Part shown: positions 54,451 through 56,841 of the stretch, in pieces
Layout of the letters: each line of letters begins with the position of its first letter
How positions within the stretch are numbered: the stretch's first letter is position 1
Source: an uncultured Treponemataceae bacterium
GTDB taxonomy: Bacteria; Spirochaetota; Spirochaetia; Treponematales; UBA12059
Length of the DNA: 56,841 bases
Assembly (NCBI GenBank): GCA_964571545.1
Contig: CAZNCK010000001.1
Span: 8,944 to 65,784, forward strand
Direction: 5' to 3'
Position numbers and translations under genes: made by a program
Notes under the pieces: generated by a model
Told to the model about the DNA's origin: nothing
What the model saw: only the letters and a program-made list of their open reading frames with translations
Database searches by the model: none

Positions 54451-54506
54451 CCCCGAATCAAGCCACAAGCAAGGAAACGGGCAAGTTTCTGGACGGGAGG
54501 ATGTAG
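54451..54506 (+). repeat. CapD 3'-end remnant R4
   Basis: CCCCGAATCAAGCCACAAGCAAGGAAACGGGCAAGTTTCTGGACGGGAGGATGTAG. Confidence 0.8.
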
Positions 54507-54636
54507 CAGTCCTTCGAGAGCAAGACCCATGGTTTGAGTGGTGTTGTACAAGAGCAAGATTTATGGTTTCTGCTGTGCCAAGCTTTACATGTAGAATCAA
54601 GATGAGGAAACGAAATACTATTTTAAAGGTTTTAGC

Positions 54637-54714
54637 ATGAATTTTGAATGGGATCCGGCAAAAGCTGAAATAAATCGGTCTAAACACGATGTCAGCTTTG
54701 AAGACGGGAGATAG
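54637..54714 (+). pseudogene. BrnT (DUF497) toxin remnant, 25 codons
   Basis: MNFEWDPAKAEINRSKHDVSFEDGR* is the canonical BrnT N-terminus but truncated (family members are ~90 aa). Confidence 0.65.
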
Positions 54715-54718
54715 TGTT

Positions 54719-54931
54719 ATGAGTGATATGCTGGATGAATATGACTTTTCCAAGGCTGAACGCGGCAAGTTCTACATTCCACAAGAAGAAATACGATTGC
54801 CTCACTATTTGCCGCCATCTCTGGAGCAGAAGTTGGCATTGCTGTCCAAAACGAGCGGGAAAAGCCGTGATGCCTTGATCAATATGGTTCTTGAGAATGA
54901 ATTGGACCTTCTTCTGACGGTAGCAAACTAA
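54719..54931 (+). CDS. BrnA-like (RHH/CopG) antitoxin, now orphan
   Basis: MSDMLDEYDFSKAERGKFY...LEQKLALLSKTSGKSRDALINMVLE is a BrnA-like N-terminus with a C-terminal RHH-like segment. Confidence 0.55.
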   Translation: MSDMLDEYDFSKAERGKFYIPQEEIRLPHYLPPSLEQKLALLSKTSGKSRDALINMVLENELDLLLTVAN

Positions 54932-55001
54932 CCTGTTCAACACCATGATCCCCGGGTTCAACCACAAGTACACAGGCAAGTTTTTAGACGGGAGAATGTA
55001 A
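54932..55001 (+). repeat. CapD 3'-end remnant R5, abutting the phosphoglycosyl transferase start
   Basis: CCTGTTCAACACCATGATCCCCGGGTTCAACCACAAGTACACAGGCAAGTTTTTAGACGGGAGAATGTAA. Its TAA overlaps the ATG at 55001 (TAATG). Confidence 0.85.
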
Positions 55002-55669
55002 TGATGACCAGACTGTTCGATATCCTGTTCTCGCTTATGGCGATGGTACTGCTTCTGCCCTTCATGCTGCCCGTCATGATAGCCCTCAAGCTTTCAGGCG
55101 AGCACTACATCTTCTACCGCCAAAGCCGGGTCGGCATCCATGGCCGGGACTTTGACCTCTTCAAATTCGCCACCATGCTCCTGGATTCACCCAACCTGCC
55201 TGGTGGACTATATACAGACAAGAACGACCCCCGCATGCTGCCCATGGGCCGCTTCCTCCGCAAGACAAAGATCAACGAGCTACCCCAGCTTATCAACATC
55301 TTTGTGGGGCAGATGAGCATCGTCGGCTTTCGCCCCACCGTTCGCCAGCACTTTGAAGGCTATCCGGCCTACGCCAAGGAAAAGCTCTACAACGCCGCCC
55401 CAGGCCTCACCGGCATCGGCTCCGTAGTATTCAGGAACGAAGAAGAAATCCTGCAGAACTTTGCGGATAAAAAGGCCTTCCACCAGAACGTCATAGCGCC
55501 CTACAAGGCCGCCCTGGAATGCTGGTATGTGGACCACGCGGGGCTGTTCAACTACTTCAAACTCATACTGCTGACCGTCGTCTCGGTCCTGAACCCTGCT
55601 TCCTCAGCCTGGAAGACCTGGTTCAAGGATTTGCCCCCTGTACCCCCGGAACTGGAGCCGTACATCTAG
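55001..55669 (+). CDS. Small monotopic phosphoglycosyl transferase (PglC/WbaP C-terminal domain family), initiating enzyme
   Basis: RLFDILFSLMAMVLLLPFMLPVMIALKL...YRQSRVG..G..F.LFKFATM...DPRMLPMGRFLRKTKINELPQLINIFVGQMSIVGFRP. Confidence 0.9.
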   Translation: MMTRLFDILFSLMAMVLLLPFMLPVMIALKLSGEHYIFYRQSRVGIHGRDFDLFKFATMLLDSPNLPGGLYTDKNDPRMLPMGRFLRKTKINELPQLINIFVGQMSIVGFRPTVRQHFEGYPAYAKEKLYNAAPGLTGIGSVVFRNEEEILQNFADKKAFHQNVIAPYKAALECWYVDHAGLFNYFKLILLTVVSVLNPASSAWKTWFKDLPPVPPELEPYI

Positions 55670-55774
55670 ACGTCCTGGATTGGTTCCCAGGGCCTGATAT
55701 ACCCAGGTTTTCTTGTTCCAATACCGATGGAATAATAACTGGATAATTTCAACAGATACGTTTAGAATATCACA

Positions 55775-56841
55775 ATGATTCCACGTAATGACACAGCCCA
55801 TTTGGTGGAGCAGGCCGGCAAACATACACTGAGCATACTCCTGGGCAGCCGGCAGGTTGGCAAGTCAACCTTGCTCGGCATGATACAGGCAGAACTCGGG
55901 CTTCCAGCGGATGTGTACAACCTTGAAAATCCCCTGCATCTGGCGCTGTTCAACGAGGGGTATACCTCATTCATCCGCCAGGTACGCCACACCCTGGTTT
56001 TCATCGACGAGTTCCAGTACTGCAAGGATATTTCATCGGTATTCAAGGCCATATTCGACCTGAATCCCGACATCAAGGTATATGCATCCGGGTCATCATC
56101 CCTTGAGAGCCAGGCTCACCTCAAGGAATCCCTCGCGGGCCGCAAGCGTGAGACGATCATCTATCCTTTGAGCTTTGCGGAATGGCTTGCGGGTACGGAG
56201 CCAGCACTGGCTCGATTGCCCGGGGCCGGCGAGACAACGCGGGTCGATGATCTGGCTGCGTACAGGAATCACCTGGATACTTTTATGAGGTACGGCGCCA
56301 TGCCCGGTATCGTAACCATGACTGACGAGATAGAGAGGCGGGAGTACCTGTCCGGCATATACCGCACGTATATCGCCAAAGACATCAAGTCGTTTCTGAA
56401 TGACGAATCGGTGCTCTCGTTCAACAAGATGATTTCCTGGCTGTCGTTGAACAATGGCTCGCGACTGAACAAGAACAACCTCTCCGTGGTGGCGGGGGTG
56501 TCGGCGCGTCAGGTGGATCGCTACCTCGATGTGCTGCAGGGAACTTTTGTCCTGGCTTTGGTCCCTCCGCTCAGTACGAACAAGACCAAAGAACTCGTAC
56601 GGACCAACAAATACTATCTGTACGACCAGGGCGTCATCAATGCCATCGTCCAGGATTTCAGGCCCACGGCGCAGCGACCCGACGCCGGCATGATCCGGGA
56701 AGCCTTTGTGTACTGGGAACTCCGCAAGACGGTTGACATTCGCTACAGCATCCGCTACTGGCGTACCGCCGATGGCAAGGAAGTCGATTTTGTGCTTGAA
56801 CGTGACAGGGCGTTGCTGCCGGTCGAGGTCAAGTCCGGCTG
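55775..56841 (+). CDS. AAA ATPase with DUF4143-like C-terminus (3' end beyond window)
   Basis: Not in the ORF track because it is open to the window end. Translation from the ATG at 55775: ...ILLGSRQVGKSTLLG (Walker A), LVFIDEFQY (Walker B), ...EVDFVLERDRALLPVEVKSG. Confidence 0.75.
   Translation, partial: MIPRNDTAHLVEQAGKHTLSILLGSRQVGKSTLLGMIQAELGLPADVYNLENPLHLALFNEGYTSFIRQVRHTLVFIDEFQYCKDISSVFKAIFDLNPDIKVYASGSSSLESQAHLKESLAGRKRETIIYPLSFAEWLAGTEPALARLPGAGETTRVDDLAAYRNHLDTFMRYGAMPGIVTMTDEIERREYLSGIYRTYIAKDIKSFLNDESVLSFNKMISWLSLNNGSRLNKNNLSVVAGVSARQVDRYLDVLQGTFVLALVPPLSTNKTKELVRTNKYYLYDQGVINAIVQDFRPTAQRPDAGMIREAFVYWELRKTVDIRYSIRYWRTADGKEVDFVLERDRALLPVEVKSG

Overview
The first ~25.5 kb is G+C-rich core chromosome next to the replication origin. 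It carries dnaA (partial), a candidate oriC, dnaN, recF, a DUF721 gene, tex, a PilZ gene, corA, a complete rnfCDGEAB operon, a solitary RayT/IS200-like Y1 transposase gene and tRNA-Gly(CCC). It continues with an acylphosphatase plus two receiver-domain genes, rpmH-rnpA-yidD-yidC-jag, two paralogous small beta-barrel OMP genes, and rfbC, rfbD, manC and rfbA. This core DNA is peppered with a hyper-abundant motif, GGGACAGACC(C) / (G)GGTCTGTCCC. I count 25 exact copies of the 10-mer core, in genes (several reading frames) and between genes. At ~25.5 kb the DNA becomes visibly AT-richer and the motif disappears, marking an accessory region with four parts. (i) A toxin-antitoxin/defence islet: two MNT-HEPN pairs, an ABC-type ATPase translationally coupled to a small PD-(D/E)xK-like protein, and a MazEF-type cassette bracketed by duplications. 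(ii) An IS5-family element whose transposase carries an in-frame stop. (iii) A ~15 kb Wzx/Wzy-type surface-polysaccharide locus. (iv) An array in which the 3' end of a CapD/PglF-like dehydratase gene occurs six times, with a different small cassette in each interval: an uncharacterised three-gene module, VapBC, a DUF4258 pair, a HigBA-like pair and a BrnTA remnant. The array ends at the initiating phosphoglycosyl transferase gene. The window ends in a partial AAA/DUF4143 ATPase gene. The best candidates for undescribed biology are the cassette-accretion array, the ATPase + nuclease-like pair, the three-gene cassette, the hyper-abundant motif, and a structured repeat family at the boundaries between sugar genes and cassettes. 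All functional calls come from reading motifs by eye; no database search was run.
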